Shown in pieces: positions 28,219 through 38,594 of a DNA stretch of 60,726 bases (position 1 is the stretch's first letter; each line of letters starts with the position of its first letter). Location of the stretch: positions 1 through 60,726 of the forward strand of contig JAIPIO010000001.1 of NCBI GenBank assembly GCA_021734595.1. Reading direction: 5' to 3'. The position numbers and the translations under genes are program-made. The notes beneath the pieces were generated by a model. The model was not told the DNA's origin, searched no databases, and worked only from the letters and a program-made list of their open reading frames with translations. The stretch comes from Kiritimatiellales bacterium. GTDB lineage: Bacteria; Verrucomicrobiota; Kiritimatiellia; Kiritimatiellales; Pontiellaceae.

Positions 28219-31200
28219 CTACGGTTCAATAATTTTAAGCTGCATAAACCTCTTGGGTTGATCGGCCAACATGCCCACCCGCAGATTGCGGGTGCCGTTG
28301 CCATGGTCGGTTTCGGTCACGTCGTCCACGCTGTCCGAGGCGGAATCCCACAGGTTGGTAAAGCCGTCCATCAGGTCGGTCGTCTCGTCCACCTCGTAGC
28401 CGACGCTGCCCGGCGCATCGCGGAAGGGGAAGCGGTAGACCGCCTCGCCGCCTTCAACCGCAAAGGAGATGGCGTTGGTGAGCTCCGGGCTGGCCACCAG
28501 CGGGTTGCCGAGCAGTGCAAACTCCCGGAAATTGTTCCATCCATCGCCATCCGGGTCGGCGCCGTCCGCCGCATCGCCGGCGTTGGTTGATCGCCCCCAA
28601 TAGCCATGCCGCCAGCTTCCAATGCTCCATTGCCGTTCGTTCGGGAAGGTTCCTTCCTCCACCGCAATATCGAGAATATTGAACATGTCCGCCTGTTCCG
28701 CGGCATAGGCCGGATTCCCGATCAGGTTGTGGTATTCGTCGGGGTCGGCATCATGGTCGTAAAGCTCGGCGTCGCTGCTATCGCCTTTGTAGCGGATCAA
28801 TTTGAACCGATCCATGGCAATCATGTTGCTGTTGGTGTAGTCATCGGTGCACAGGCTGGGTATATTCCACGGTGTACGGGGATCGGCAAGCAAGGGGGCC
28901 AGATCGTGACCGGTGATGCGCGGATCCGGCAGGGGCAGACCCACCCTCGCGCAAACGGTAGGATAGATGTCGCTCAGGTTGACGGGGCGCTGGCACTTGA
29001 TGCCAAAACCCTGTGGATATTTAGGATCCTTAATGATGAAATGTACGCCCGCGCTGTCTTCCCACAGGGCAAACTTGGTTACATGCATCTTTTCGCCAAG
29101 GTGGTACCCGTGATCGCTCCAAAGGATCACGATCGTGTTGTCGGCATAGGGACTGTTGGCCAGTCCCTCCAGCAGCCGCCCGACCGCACGGTCCGCCAGG
29201 GCCGAGCAGGCGAAGTAGTACTTCAACATATCCTTCCAGCCATTCAGATCCCCGTCGACGGGATTGATGTCAAGGCCGTTTTGAAGAATGGTGACGAAGC
29301 GATCGCTGCCGAGCACCACATCGTCGCCCGCAATCGCCCCGCCCGATTCAACGAGTCCCGTGGGCGGCAGATCGCCGCAATCGTTTAGAAATTCATCGTG
29401 CAGCTCACGCGTGACTCCGGTCATTTGCTGCGTCGGGAAAAGGTCGGCCAGATCCTTGGTGGCATAGTACGGTAAATGCGGCTTCTGGATTCCGCAGGCA
29501 AGGAAGAACGGTTTGCCGGCCGGGAGGCTGATGGATCCGCTAGAACCCGTTTCAAGTGCCTTGGCAATAAATTCAGCGCGGCGGTAGTCCAGCATATTGG
29601 TATAGCTGGCGCTGTCCGGCCCCTCCTGTCCCCAGCCGATCGGGCTGCCGCCGTTCGCGTAGACCGTGTTGCTTGTCGATCCCGCATTGCCGGTAACGAT
29701 TTCCCAGTCCTCCCACGACTTGTTTCCGTCGGTGGCATAAAACGATGTCCCGTGGTATATTTTACCCGTCCCGGCGGCATAGTATCCGTTGGCCATCAGG
29801 TGCTCGGTCAGTGTCACAGCATCGGCTAGCGGCTGCACACCTCCAAAGGTCCAGTCGCGGAAAAAAATACCCCCCTTGTTGTTGGTCAATCCTGTTTTGT
29901 GCGCCCGGATTCCGGTCATGAGCGCGGCGCGCGACGGATTGCACGCCGGTGACGCGCAGTAGGCGCGCATGAACGAGACGCCTTCCGCCGCCAGCTGGTC
30001 CATGTTCGGGGTGAGGTGGTTGATGATTTGGGCGCGCACGGCGGGATCGGGATAGACGCGCGGGATGAAGTTGCCGGGATCGTCCGCAAAATAGCCGCCG
30101 ATCCGCTTCAGGTCGTCGATGGCGATAAATAGGATATTGGGCGGCATCTGATCGGCGAAATAGGTGAACACTTTTTTAAAGACACTACCCTCCGGGCGGG
30201 TGGCGGTCAGCGTGTAGACGGTATTGGAGGCAGGGCTCACCGATTCATTGCCGCTGAGCGCCACCGAACCGACCCCCTGATCAATAGAAGCGCTGACCGC
30301 TCCGCTCACCGTCCAAGACAACTGCACCGACTCGCCCGAATTGGTGATCACGTTCTGAGCGGCGGAAAAATCAATGTTCACCACGGCCACAGAAACGGTC
30401 TGCGTCACTGCGCCGCTGACATTATCCGCAATCAGTTCATAGACGGTATCCACAGACGGAGTGACCTCGTCGCTGCCGGATAGACCAAGGCCGCTGCCCA
30501 CGGAAGGGGTGATGGAAATATTGGCCGCATCTTCAACCTCCCACGTCAATTCCACCGGTTCCCCGCCAAGAACGAGTGTTTTGTCCGCCGTAAAGGAAGT
30601 GATGACCGGCACAGGTGGCGTTACGCCCACCAACACATCAGAAAAGGCTTCGCCTATGCGGATCTCGTCAAACCTGCCGTCGGTAGCCGCCCCATCGGAG
30701 TTTATCGATACATTCGTCAGGCTACTTCCTAATTCCAGCGAAACTGAAACCAGTGCCGTACCGTCTGACGGTGCTGAACCAAGGGCTGGATCACGCCATA
30801 GCTTAATGGTTTCCGCTCCGGAATCGCTGAACACGATTTTACCAACCAGAAAGAAATCCGTATTGACCATCGGTGATACCGGAGGGGAATCCACAGTGCC
30901 CACCCGAATCGTTGCGGTATCATCATCGTTCACCGGATCAGACTCCAGTTCCACCAACAGACTACCTCCATTAAAATCGAAGATTGCACCGCCGCTTTGC
31001 CTGTCCGTTCTTTCCATTCGCAGGCGAAAGCTAAACCAAAGAGTATCACCATCGCTGAAATTGTTGGCTGTGGAAGCGGCCACAGGACGTTCTACCGGAC
31101 CGGTGTTGCCGTTGAGCAGTCCCGCTTCGCCCGATTCCGCCAGATTGAGCGTACCGTCTGAATAGGGTTGGCTGAACGCCTCAAATAACACACTGGCACT

Positions 31201-31365
31201 GGTGCCGTCACCCGTCAGCACCCATGGCCCGTTCCAGCCTGTGCCACCGGTGGAGCCGATAAAAGTTGTACCCGGCGTGCCCTCAAACGGTTCGTGGACG
31301 ACCAGCGCGCCCATTGCCGATCCAGCCAATGCACATAGAAGAATAGTCAGTATCATTGTTCTCAT
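28219..31365 (-). CDS. Multidomain exported formylglycine-dependent sulfatase (N-terminal lectin-like domain, two Ig-like repeats, sulfatase domain, C-terminal Ca-binding-like/beta-sandwich domain)
   Basis: PNILFIAIDDLK and CASPACNPSRAALMTG (C-x-P-x-R). Tandem repeats of about 85 aa (ITSFTADKTLV.. / NIDFSAAQNVI..). DPDGDGWNNFRE. Start ATG 31365 followed by a signal peptide. Confidence 0.9.
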   Translation of the reverse strand: MRTMILTILLCALAGSAMGALVVHEPFEGTPGTTFIGSTGGTGWNGPWVLTGDGTSASVLFEAFSQPYSDGTLNLAESGEAGLLNGNTGPVERPVAASTANNFSDGDTLWFSFRLRMERTDRQSGGAIFDFNGGSLLVELESDPVNDDDTATIRVGTVDSPPVSPMVNTDFFLVGKIVFSDSGAETIKLWRDPALGSAPSDGTALVSVSLELGSSLTNVSINSDGAATDGRFDEIRIGEAFSDVLVGVTPPVPVITSFTADKTLVLGGEPVELTWEVEDAANISITPSVGSGLGLSGSDEVTPSVDTVYELIADNVSGAVTQTVSVAVVNIDFSAAQNVITNSGESVQLSWTVSGAVSASIDQGVGSVALSGNESVSPASNTVYTLTATRPEGSVFKKVFTYFADQMPPNILFIAIDDLKRIGGYFADDPGNFIPRVYPDPAVRAQIINHLTPNMDQLAAEGVSFMRAYCASPACNPSRAALMTGIRAHKTGLTNNKGGIFFRDWTFGGVQPLADAVTLTEHLMANGYYAAGTGKIYHGTSFYATDGNKSWEDWEIVTGNAGSTSNTVYANGGSPIGWGQEGPDSASYTNMLDYRRAEFIAKALETGSSGSISLPAGKPFFLACGIQKPHLPYYATKDLADLFPTQQMTGVTRELHDEFLNDCGDLPPTGLVESGGAIAGDDVVLGSDRFVTILQNGLDINPVDGDLNGWKDMLKYYFACSALADRAVGRLLEGLANSPYADNTIVILWSDHGYHLGEKMHVTKFALWEDSAGVHFIIKDPKYPQGFGIKCQRPVNLSDIYPTVCARVGLPLPDPRITGHDLAPLLADPRTPWNIPSLCTDDYTNSNMIAMDRFKLIRYKGDSSDAELYDHDADPDEYHNLIGNPAYAAEQADMFNILDIAVEEGTFPNERQWSIGSWRHGYWGRSTNAGDAADGADPDGDGWNNFREFALLGNPLVASPELTNAISFAVEGGEAVYRFPFRDAPGSVGYEVDETTDLMDGFTNLWDSASDSVDDVTETDHGNGTRNLRVGMLADQPKRFMQLKIIEP

Positions 31366-31440
31366 CACAGTATGTCCCCGTTTCCTTGCAACCGCATTTT
31401 GTAACCTATACAGGCCAAGCACGGAAGTTTTTTCGGGAGG

Positions 31441-31539
31441 TTCCAACCATTGGAGAAAAAGTTCCAATGGTTGAAAAAAGCCGGTTCTAGTTTTCCAGGC
31501 GCTGGAAGATTCATGCAACAGGTATTCCAGACACTGGAA
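31441..31539. repeat. Four phased TTCCA-N5-TGGAA-type palindromes upstream of the sulfatase gene
   Basis: Starts at 31441, 31462, 31493 and 31525 (21, 31 and 32 bp apart). The first two are joined by the linker AAAAAG, as in the 42.0-kb and 43.2-kb modules. Confidence 0.85.
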
Positions 31540-31545
31540 GGGATA

Positions 31546-31571
31546 TAGGCCTGGCCGGGTATCCGGCCTAC
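31546..31571 (-). repeat. REP-like GTAG-headed hairpin
   Basis: The minus strand reads GTAGGCCGGATACCCGGCCAGGCCTA. Perfect stem GGCCGG/CCGGCC (31553-58 / 31563-68) with a 4-nt loop. Confidence 0.5.
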
Positions 31572-31833
31572 AACATTTCTATTCGAAACAGGTCTGCCCT
31601 ATCACGGATATTTTCCCCTCGCAGAGACGTCTCGAAGCACAGCGTAGATCATTTTATGAAGTTAAATAGTGAGCAACGCGAATGATTCACGCCGCGGAGT
31701 TGGATACTGAAACCAGCAAGGGGAGTCTCCTGTTACCGGCAGAGATGGATTGTTGACCGGCTCCGCCAATACTTAAATCCGAGGATCCCTGGTCCCTTTT
31801 TCCCAACCCGTTTTCGCCGGTTTATAAAAACCC

Positions 31834-33951
31834 TTATTTTGAGGCCTCGCCGCCGCCAGATGAAAGATATTCGTAGTTGTCCGTCCGAAATGGTTCTGCG
31901 GGCAGACCTTCACTGTTAAAGAGGTTGCAGCGCGGATAACTTTGCCACGCATAACGCAGGGCCACCGGCTGCGGCACATCGACCACATTGGAAACCCGCA
32001 CCTGATTAGAGCTGACAATCTCAGCATCGGTCGCCCAGTAAAAACCCCGATCGCTGCCGCACAGGGCAAAACCAGCCAATTCGTCGGCGGAAACCGACAC
32101 CGGCGGCATGCCTTCGGCGATTTCCTCATCATCCGGCTGGGCATCCACCGCGCGCGTTTCGAGTCCGCCAGCAACATGATCAAAAGTGATGACCACATCA
32201 GAGCCCTCGAACCGGACATTCGAAACGTTCGGCCCGCGATACACGGTATCAATGCCATAGGTTTTGGCAGCCATGATTCGCGCCACCCGCTGCCCGACAC
32301 GATCCTTGCCCGGCGCATGTGCGTGCCCCTGAAATCCAATGTCAATAATACAGGCCATTTCGGTATTCGGAACCGCCCGACACGCGGTCTGCGACTCACG
32401 AATCCAGGCTAAGTTGGCATATCGGGCACTGGGGTCATCATCTTTGGGTATCGGGCTATATTTCATATGGGTTGATAATTGCACGTAGTACATCGGGAAA
32501 TTAATTCCCCACTGTTCGCGCCACGACTCAACCAATGTCCTCCAAACCACCGGATACTGCTCACTGCGCTCAATCGTGCGGGCATTGCCGGAACCCTGAT
32601 ACCACAGCATGCCCTTGATGGCGTAGTTCTGCAGCGGCGCAATCATCCCGTTGTAAAAACCCGAGGCCGGCTTACCCTCGTCCGCAATCAGAGGCTCATC
32701 CATGGCGGCCAACGATTCGGCAGACATCCACTGCTCCGCCGCAGTGGCGCCCCGACACACCCGAATAAAGCCCAACGGAATGTTTTCCTGGCCATTTGTA
32801 TCCAGCATGTCATTCAGCTGCCGGGCAATAAAATAGCCGAGCGTGGACATGGACTGAAGCTTATCGGCCTGCCAACGGCTCCACGGCTGCTTCACCGTAA
32901 TATCCTTCGCTGGAGCAGGCGCCTCAACAGTATCCACCAGCATAAACCGCATATCATCGAAATCATCCTGGGCGTTTGGAATTTCCGGATAATAATCGGC
33001 AAATGATTTGAGATGCGATTTCAGCGCAAGAAACATATTGGACTGCCCGGTCAACAGCCAGACATCGCCGAAATACACATCCGACAGCACAACCGCCGTA
33101 CTTCGCTCACCTGAAATCGTCATGGCGAAGGGACCGGAAGCGGGTTCCGCATCGAGCACCACCCGCCAATTCCCGGCATCATCGGCAACGCAGCTCTTCA
33201 CCTGCTCATGAACCGTAACACATATCGCTTCACCGGGCTCGCAGGTTCCCCACACCGGCACGGTATGATCCCGCTGCAACACACATCCGCTGGAAAAAAT
33301 ATTCGCCAGCTGAATCGGAGTTTCATAAACATCTTTCATCCCGAAATCAAACGTCAGACTGCCCCATCCGCCTGCATTGCCCGAGACCGCCCGGTATTCA
33401 AAGAAATCCGTGCCGCCGCCGGAAAGAACCGGAGAAAATCCTGCAAGCTGAGACTGTCCCGGCGCGCCGACCGCCTCGATTCCTGATGAATCCCTCAACC
33501 CGATGGTGTAATCAGAAGACGAGTTGAGAATTTCAACCGACGTCAGGCGAACCGTCAGATTGGAAGAGAGTTGAGACAGATCTGCCGTAATCCGAGCCAC
33601 GGACTCGGGATCTTTGAAACGCCATCCGGCGATCCCCATTCGCCCCAGATGGATCGAATTATGCGTTGAAAAATTCTGCCCGTTAACCGATAAAATGTTG
33701 AGGGAAAAGGTTTTGCCATAAAGCGCCGGAATGCCGACCGTTCCGGAAACCGCGAATGCAATCGTTGGCGGAACATTTTCGACCGAACTCAGAGAACAGA
33801 GTCCCGCAGAGTCCACATTGACATTCAACGTAAAATTCGTACCGACTTTCGTCTTGTCCGTCACGGTCCAATCCACCGTCAGTGAGGCATCGGCCCACAT
33901 CGCACCCGTTGACAATATCCATAAAAGCACCGGTAAAAATTTCTGTCTCAT
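31834..33951 (-). CDS. Exported sialate O-acetylesterase-like (SGNH/SASA) carbohydrate esterase with an extra N-terminal domain
   Basis: GDVWLLTGQSNM catalytic Ser block. Start ATG 33951 followed by signal LPVLLWILSTGAMWA. Confidence 0.8.
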   Translation of the reverse strand: MRQKFLPVLLWILSTGAMWADASLTVDWTVTDKTKVGTNFTLNVNVDSAGLCSLSSVENVPPTIAFAVSGTVGIPALYGKTFSLNILSVNGQNFSTHNSIHLGRMGIAGWRFKDPESVARITADLSQLSSNLTVRLTSVEILNSSSDYTIGLRDSSGIEAVGAPGQSQLAGFSPVLSGGGTDFFEYRAVSGNAGGWGSLTFDFGMKDVYETPIQLANIFSSGCVLQRDHTVPVWGTCEPGEAICVTVHEQVKSCVADDAGNWRVVLDAEPASGPFAMTISGERSTAVVLSDVYFGDVWLLTGQSNMFLALKSHLKSFADYYPEIPNAQDDFDDMRFMLVDTVEAPAPAKDITVKQPWSRWQADKLQSMSTLGYFIARQLNDMLDTNGQENIPLGFIRVCRGATAAEQWMSAESLAAMDEPLIADEGKPASGFYNGMIAPLQNYAIKGMLWYQGSGNARTIERSEQYPVVWRTLVESWREQWGINFPMYYVQLSTHMKYSPIPKDDDPSARYANLAWIRESQTACRAVPNTEMACIIDIGFQGHAHAPGKDRVGQRVARIMAAKTYGIDTVYRGPNVSNVRFEGSDVVITFDHVAGGLETRAVDAQPDDEEIAEGMPPVSVSADELAGFALCGSDRGFYWATDAEIVSSNQVRVSNVVDVPQPVALRYAWQSYPRCNLFNSEGLPAEPFRTDNYEYLSSGGGEASK

Positions 33952-34027
33952 TTGTCTTCTTTTCGTTTGGGAAAAAGGATCTCCGTAATCTAGTAGTTTT
34001 TTCAGTGGCCCCTTCCCGCTCAATTCG

Positions 34028-35293
34028 TCACCCCAGCTTCTTTATGCCACCCATGTAGGGCCAGAGCACTTCCGGCAGGTCGATGGAACCGTCGGCGTTC
34101 TGATTGTTTTCCATGATGGCGATGACGAGGCGCGGGAGCGCGACGCCGGAGCCGTTGATGGTGTGCACGAAGGCGGGCTTGCCGTCTTCATTGCGGTAGC
34201 GGATGTTGGCGCGGCGGGCCTGGTAGTCCTTAAAATTGGAGCAGGAGGAGACCTCCAGCCACTTGTCCTGCGCAGGAGCCCACAGCTCGATGTCGTAGCA
34301 CTTGGCGGCGCTAAAGCCCAGGTCGCCGGTACACAGCTCGATGACACGGTAGTGCAGACCGAGCTTTTGCAGGACCTTCTCGGCATCGAGCGTCAGCTTT
34401 TCGTGTTCCTCTTCGGAGGTTTCGGGTGTGGTGAACTTGACCATCTCGACTTTGTCGAACTGGTGCACGCGCAACAGGCCGCGCGTATCCTTGCCAGCGG
34501 AACCGGCCTCGCGGCGGAAGCAGGGAGTGTAGGCCGTGTGCAGGATCGGCAGTTCACAATCAAGAATTTCGTTGCCGTAGATATTGGTTACCGGCACTTC
34601 GGCGGTCGGAATCGGGTAGAGGCCGTCGATCGGCACATTGTACATGTCCTCCGCAAACTTGGGCAGCTGGCCGGTACCGGTCATGGCGGTTGCGTTGCAC
34701 ATAAACGGCGGAGCGATTTCCGTGTAGCCGTGCTCTTCCGTGTGGAGGTCGAGCATAAACTGAATCAGCGCACGCTCCAGCTTGGCGCCCTTGCCCTTGA
34801 ACAGCGGGAAGCCGGAGCCGGCCACCTTGGCGCCGCGCTCAAAATCAAACATACCCAGTGCATCGCCCAGATCCCAGTGCGGCACCGGCTCAAAATCAAA
34901 TTCTTTCCTTTCTCCCCAGGAGCGGATGACGGGGTTGTCGTTTTCGTCTTTCCCTATCGGCGTGGAATCCGACGGCATGTTGGCAATGTAGAGCATCCCT
35001 TCACGCAGCCAGGTCTCCACTTCGCGCAGCTCGTCGTCCATGGCGGTGATCTTGTCGCCCATCTCGCGCACCTGCGCCTTGATCGCCTCGGGGTCCTTGC
35101 CCTCCTTGATCATCAGGCCGATGCTTTTGGAGATTTTGTTGCGTTCGGCCTTCAGCTCCTCGACTTCGGCGACGATCGCACGACGGCGGCCATCCAGCTC
35201 CACAACGGCGTCGACATCCACGTCCACGTTGCGGTTCTGCATCGCCGCCTTCACGGCTTCCGTATTTTCCCTGATAAATTTTATATCCAGCAT
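34028..35293 (-). CDS. serS: Seryl-tRNA synthetase
   Basis: MLDIKFIRENTEAV start, coiled-coil arm, class II motifs (FRREAGSAGKDTRGLLRVHQFDKVE; GSGVALPR). Confidence 0.97.
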   Translation of the reverse strand: MLDIKFIRENTEAVKAAMQNRNVDVDVDAVVELDGRRRAIVAEVEELKAERNKISKSIGLMIKEGKDPEAIKAQVREMGDKITAMDDELREVETWLREGMLYIANMPSDSTPIGKDENDNPVIRSWGERKEFDFEPVPHWDLGDALGMFDFERGAKVAGSGFPLFKGKGAKLERALIQFMLDLHTEEHGYTEIAPPFMCNATAMTGTGQLPKFAEDMYNVPIDGLYPIPTAEVPVTNIYGNEILDCELPILHTAYTPCFRREAGSAGKDTRGLLRVHQFDKVEMVKFTTPETSEEEHEKLTLDAEKVLQKLGLHYRVIELCTGDLGFSAAKCYDIELWAPAQDKWLEVSSCSNFKDYQARRANIRYRNEDGKPAFVHTINGSGVALPRLVIAIMENNQNADGSIDLPEVLWPYMGGIKKLG

Positions 35294-35318
35294 GATTGCA
35301 CCCGTTTTCTGTTTTGAT

Positions 35319-35365
35319 TTCCAAAGTGTGGAAAAAATATCTACCTGTTTTTCCAATGATTGGAA
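35319..35365. repeat. Two phased TTCCA-N5-TGGAA palindromes upstream of serS
   Basis: Starts at 35319 and 35351 (32 bp apart). The proximal copy is 25 nt from the serS ATG. Confidence 0.85.
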
Positions 35366-35371
35366 AGCGCT

Positions 35372-36910
35372 TTATCTGCCCGCAACAAGCGTAATGATCG
35401 AGCGAGCGGGAACCGCCACCGTTCCCTTTGAAAGGGTAAACCACTCCATATTGCGGGTTTCATCCGTAATGAATCCCTCGGTGCGGGAGAGCGTGCGGCC
35501 ACCGAGGCTGACTTTCGGATCGAGCGTATATGATTCCTTTGCCCGGTTCACAATCACCATCACCACCCGGCTGGTCTTTAGATCGGCATAGGCGGAAACC
35601 ATCAATCCTTCGGCAGACTCCTCATCCGTTGCTTTGTCGGAACGCTGCACATCCACGCGCACCATGCCGGGACGGACAAACCGGCTGTAGTGCCCCAGCG
35701 CCCACAGCATTTTGGTTACGGTGATTTCCCCATCGGTCTCCTCTTCGTTGAAATCGATGCGCACCAAATGGAAGCGCGGAACACGTGACACGTGTTTTCC
35801 ACCGGTGGAGGTCCAGAACTGCCAGGCCGCAGCCTGCGCCACGGAGAGGTCGAGATGGAGCTGCTTCGCCAGCACCAGCGCGCAGTCCAGCTCGGCGGGT
35901 TTGCCATCCAGTCCATGCAGGTAGCCCTCTTCTAGCAGGCTGTATTCCGTCTGCCAGAACCGCAGTTCGGCATCTTTAACGGCCTCGGCCAGTTTTTGGC
36001 GGATCCGCACATATTTCCGGGGATCGCCGTCCGCGAAATAGCTATGCCCCGCGACCGCTTGCGCAACGGAGCGAAGGTCGCCAACATAATTGTCGCTCCT
36101 TTTGTTCCAAAAGGCGTCGATCTGGTTGGCGGATTCCGATTTCCCCTGAAAGAGGGCGGAAAGGCTGGCCGCTTCGGGGATCAGGATTTTTGTTTCCAAC
36201 TTCCGTTGGCGAAATTCGGTATCCACCTCGCGGACCAGAGTTGCAATCTCTGCATTCGTCCAAGGCGAACCTTCCTGCTTGGCTTTTCCCCGCTCGAACG
36301 CCCAGTCCCACTGCGGCTCGTTCACGGGGCTGATGTAGTCGAAACCAAACCGCGCCGCGATGGTTGCAAGAAATCCCGCGTAGTCGCCGTAATGCTCCGG
36401 CTTAAGGTTGGAGCGATGCGCCTTGCCGGTTTTATAGCCCAGTCCGTTTTCGGTCCAGTAGACCGGCGGAGAATTGGCGTAACCGATCAAGCACGGGAGC
36501 TGGTACTCTTTCGCCTTTTTTATCCAGTAGACCGCTCCCGCGCACCGCGACCAGTCGTACGATCCATCCGGTCGCAGAAAGCACTCGGTACGGCGGAACG
36601 GCTGCACGATCCCGCAGTTTTCCTGCTCGTCCGTGCCCGCGCCGATCTGTATGCGGAACGACGAAAGCCCGATTCCTTTCAGCTTCCGGTTGCTGTCAAT
36701 CTCCGTACTGAAAAACAGTTCCGCCAACTGATCGAGCTTTCCCCGCGGGAAGCGGCGCCCAATGTACGCCCCGTGCATACCGGTCGAAGATCCGATGTTT
36801 TCAATGGTCTGGAACTGCTTGCGGCAGTCCACCGTAACCGACAGCTCTTCACCGCCCGAAACAGCACAAGCCACCACCACCACCAAAAAGAATACAAAAA
36901 ATCGCTTCAT
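35372..36910 (-). CDS. Exported glycoside hydrolase, GH30-like
   Basis: Signal MKRFFVFFLVVVVACAVSG. FQTIENIGSS and FDYISPVNEPQWDW are typical of GH30/clan A. A degenerate TTCCcgataTTGGAA (36919-36933) lies 8 nt upstream of the ATG. Confidence 0.75.
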   Translation of the reverse strand: MKRFFVFFLVVVVACAVSGGEELSVTVDCRKQFQTIENIGSSTGMHGAYIGRRFPRGKLDQLAELFFSTEIDSNRKLKGIGLSSFRIQIGAGTDEQENCGIVQPFRRTECFLRPDGSYDWSRCAGAVYWIKKAKEYQLPCLIGYANSPPVYWTENGLGYKTGKAHRSNLKPEHYGDYAGFLATIAARFGFDYISPVNEPQWDWAFERGKAKQEGSPWTNAEIATLVREVDTEFRQRKLETKILIPEAASLSALFQGKSESANQIDAFWNKRSDNYVGDLRSVAQAVAGHSYFADGDPRKYVRIRQKLAEAVKDAELRFWQTEYSLLEEGYLHGLDGKPAELDCALVLAKQLHLDLSVAQAAAWQFWTSTGGKHVSRVPRFHLVRIDFNEEETDGEITVTKMLWALGHYSRFVRPGMVRVDVQRSDKATDEESAEGLMVSAYADLKTSRVVMVIVNRAKESYTLDPKVSLGGRTLSRTEGFITDETRNMEWFTLSKGTVAVPARSIITLVAGR

Positions 36911-36938
36911 TACACGGTTTCCCGATATTGGAAAATGT

Positions 36939-37646
36939 TTATTCCGCCCGCTGCGCGACAAGCACAACATTTTTCCCGATGCAGGGAGCACAGACCGTTT
37001 CCATCCGACTCATGGGAGGGACTACGAAACGGTCGTAAAGCAATACACCGGACGGTTCCAGCGGACGCTTCAACCATTTAAACACGACAAGCCAGGGCAG
37101 AACACCGGCGATATCAAAGTAGCGGCAGAACTTCAGCGTAAATCCGGCATCCAGCACCTTGTTTTTCAACTCCTTCCGTCCGTAGCGCCGGAAATGCCCA
37201 ATATCACGGTCGTGTTCGCTGTAGAGGAACATGAGCGCGGGAACGAGGATGCAGACGTGGCCGCCCGGCTTCAGGGAGTCATGGATCAGTTTCAATTCCT
37301 GCCGGTCATCCTCCAGATGCTCGAGAACGTTGTTATAGACTATGGCGTCGTATTTATCCTCACCATCGGCAGCGGTGAAAACGGATGGGTGGATTTCAAC
37401 CAGAGGATTATCCCCCACCTGCTTGCGCAGCAACGGGAGCAGGTTGGATGCGGGTTCAAAAACATCCAGCTGTTCGAACTCCGCCCGGTCGACAATCTGT
37501 TCCGTGAAGATCCCGGTGCCCGCGCCCACCTCGGCCACGCAGCCGCACAGGTATGGCTTGAACTGTGAAAAAATCCACGCGGCGTAGTTCGGACCGCTCC
37601 GCATGGCCTCGAGATTTTCGCCATCATACACAAACGGTTCGGCCAT
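36939..37646 (-). CDS. Class I SAM-dependent methyltransferase
   Basis: Motif I VAEVGAGTGIFT. LKPGGHVCILVP. Confidence 0.85.
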   Translation of the reverse strand: MAEPFVYDGENLEAMRSGPNYAAWIFSQFKPYLCGCVAEVGAGTGIFTEQIVDRAEFEQLDVFEPASNLLPLLRKQVGDNPLVEIHPSVFTAADGEDKYDAIVYNNVLEHLEDDRQELKLIHDSLKPGGHVCILVPALMFLYSEHDRDIGHFRRYGRKELKNKVLDAGFTLKFCRYFDIAGVLPWLVVFKWLKRPLEPSGVLLYDRFVVPPMSRMETVCAPCIGKNVVLVAQRAE

Positions 37647-37649
37647 GGA

Positions 37650-38594
37650 TCACCCTTTTTTCTGAGCGAGAATATGGAGGAAAAAGATGCGCTTGTTGGT
37701 ATTCATGACACCATCAAGAATCAGCCCCGCGGAAAACACAAGCAGCGCGGAAATAACCAATCCGCTGGCGAGGATGGCCAACGGGATGTGGACCACGTCT
37801 TTATAAAGAATATAGTCCGCGACAGGTGCCACCCCGGACAAAAGACCGAACAGAACCAGAACGAAGCCGATGAAGGAAAAGAACGGCAGCGGACGGAACA
37901 ACCGGTAGATGTTGAGGACCGTGCCCACCACTCGGATCCCGTCGGCCAGGGTGTTGAGCTTCGATTCCGAACCCGACGGGCGATTGGAATAGGAGACAGG
38001 AACTTCCAGCATTCGGTATCCTTTATCCAGCGTATGCAACGTCATCTCGGTTTCCAGCGTAAAACCGCTGCCAATGATCGGAAAGGTTTTCACGAACGTC
38101 CGACTGAATACCCGATATCCACTTAGGATGTCCTGCACGGATGATTTGAATAACATGTTGATCAGCCGTTTCACCATGGTGTTTCCAAACGAATGGAACC
38201 GGCGTTCGTTGGTGGCCTGATAGTCGCCCCTACCGAACCGGTTGCCAACCACTACGTCCGCTTCGTTTTCGAGCACGGGACGAAGCAGCTCAGGCAAATC
38301 AGATGCGTGGTAGGTCGAATCCGCATCAACCATAACGTAGACATCCGCATCAACATGCTGGAACGCAAACCGGATTGCTTCGGATTTCCCCTGCCTTTTT
38401 TCGTGTAGCAGGACAAGTCCGGGATTGTTCTGAACGATGGACTCCACCAGCTCGGCGGTTTTATCCGACGAATTGTTATCGATCACATAAACCGTGGCTT
38501 GCGGCACTGCCACACGAAAATCGCCGACGACTTGGAGAATCGTCTGTGCTTCGTTGTACGCGGGAATGATTACGGCAATCTTTTTGTCATTCAT
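37650..38594 (-). CDS. GT2 polyprenyl-phosphate glycosyltransferase (GtrB/ArnC/DPM1-like) with C-terminal TM helices
   Basis: AVIIPAYNE, DxD VDADS, two C-terminal hydrophobic helices. Confidence 0.9.
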   Translation of the reverse strand: MNDKKIAVIIPAYNEAQTILQVVGDFRVAVPQATVYVIDNNSSDKTAELVESIVQNNPGLVLLHEKRQGKSEAIRFAFQHVDADVYVMVDADSTYHASDLPELLRPVLENEADVVVGNRFGRGDYQATNERRFHSFGNTMVKRLINMLFKSSVQDILSGYRVFSRTFVKTFPIIGSGFTLETEMTLHTLDKGYRMLEVPVSYSNRPSGSESKLNTLADGIRVVGTVLNIYRLFRPLPFFSFIGFVLVLFGLLSGVAPVADYILYKDVVHIPLAILASGLVISALLVFSAGLILDGVMNTNKRIFFLHILAQKKG

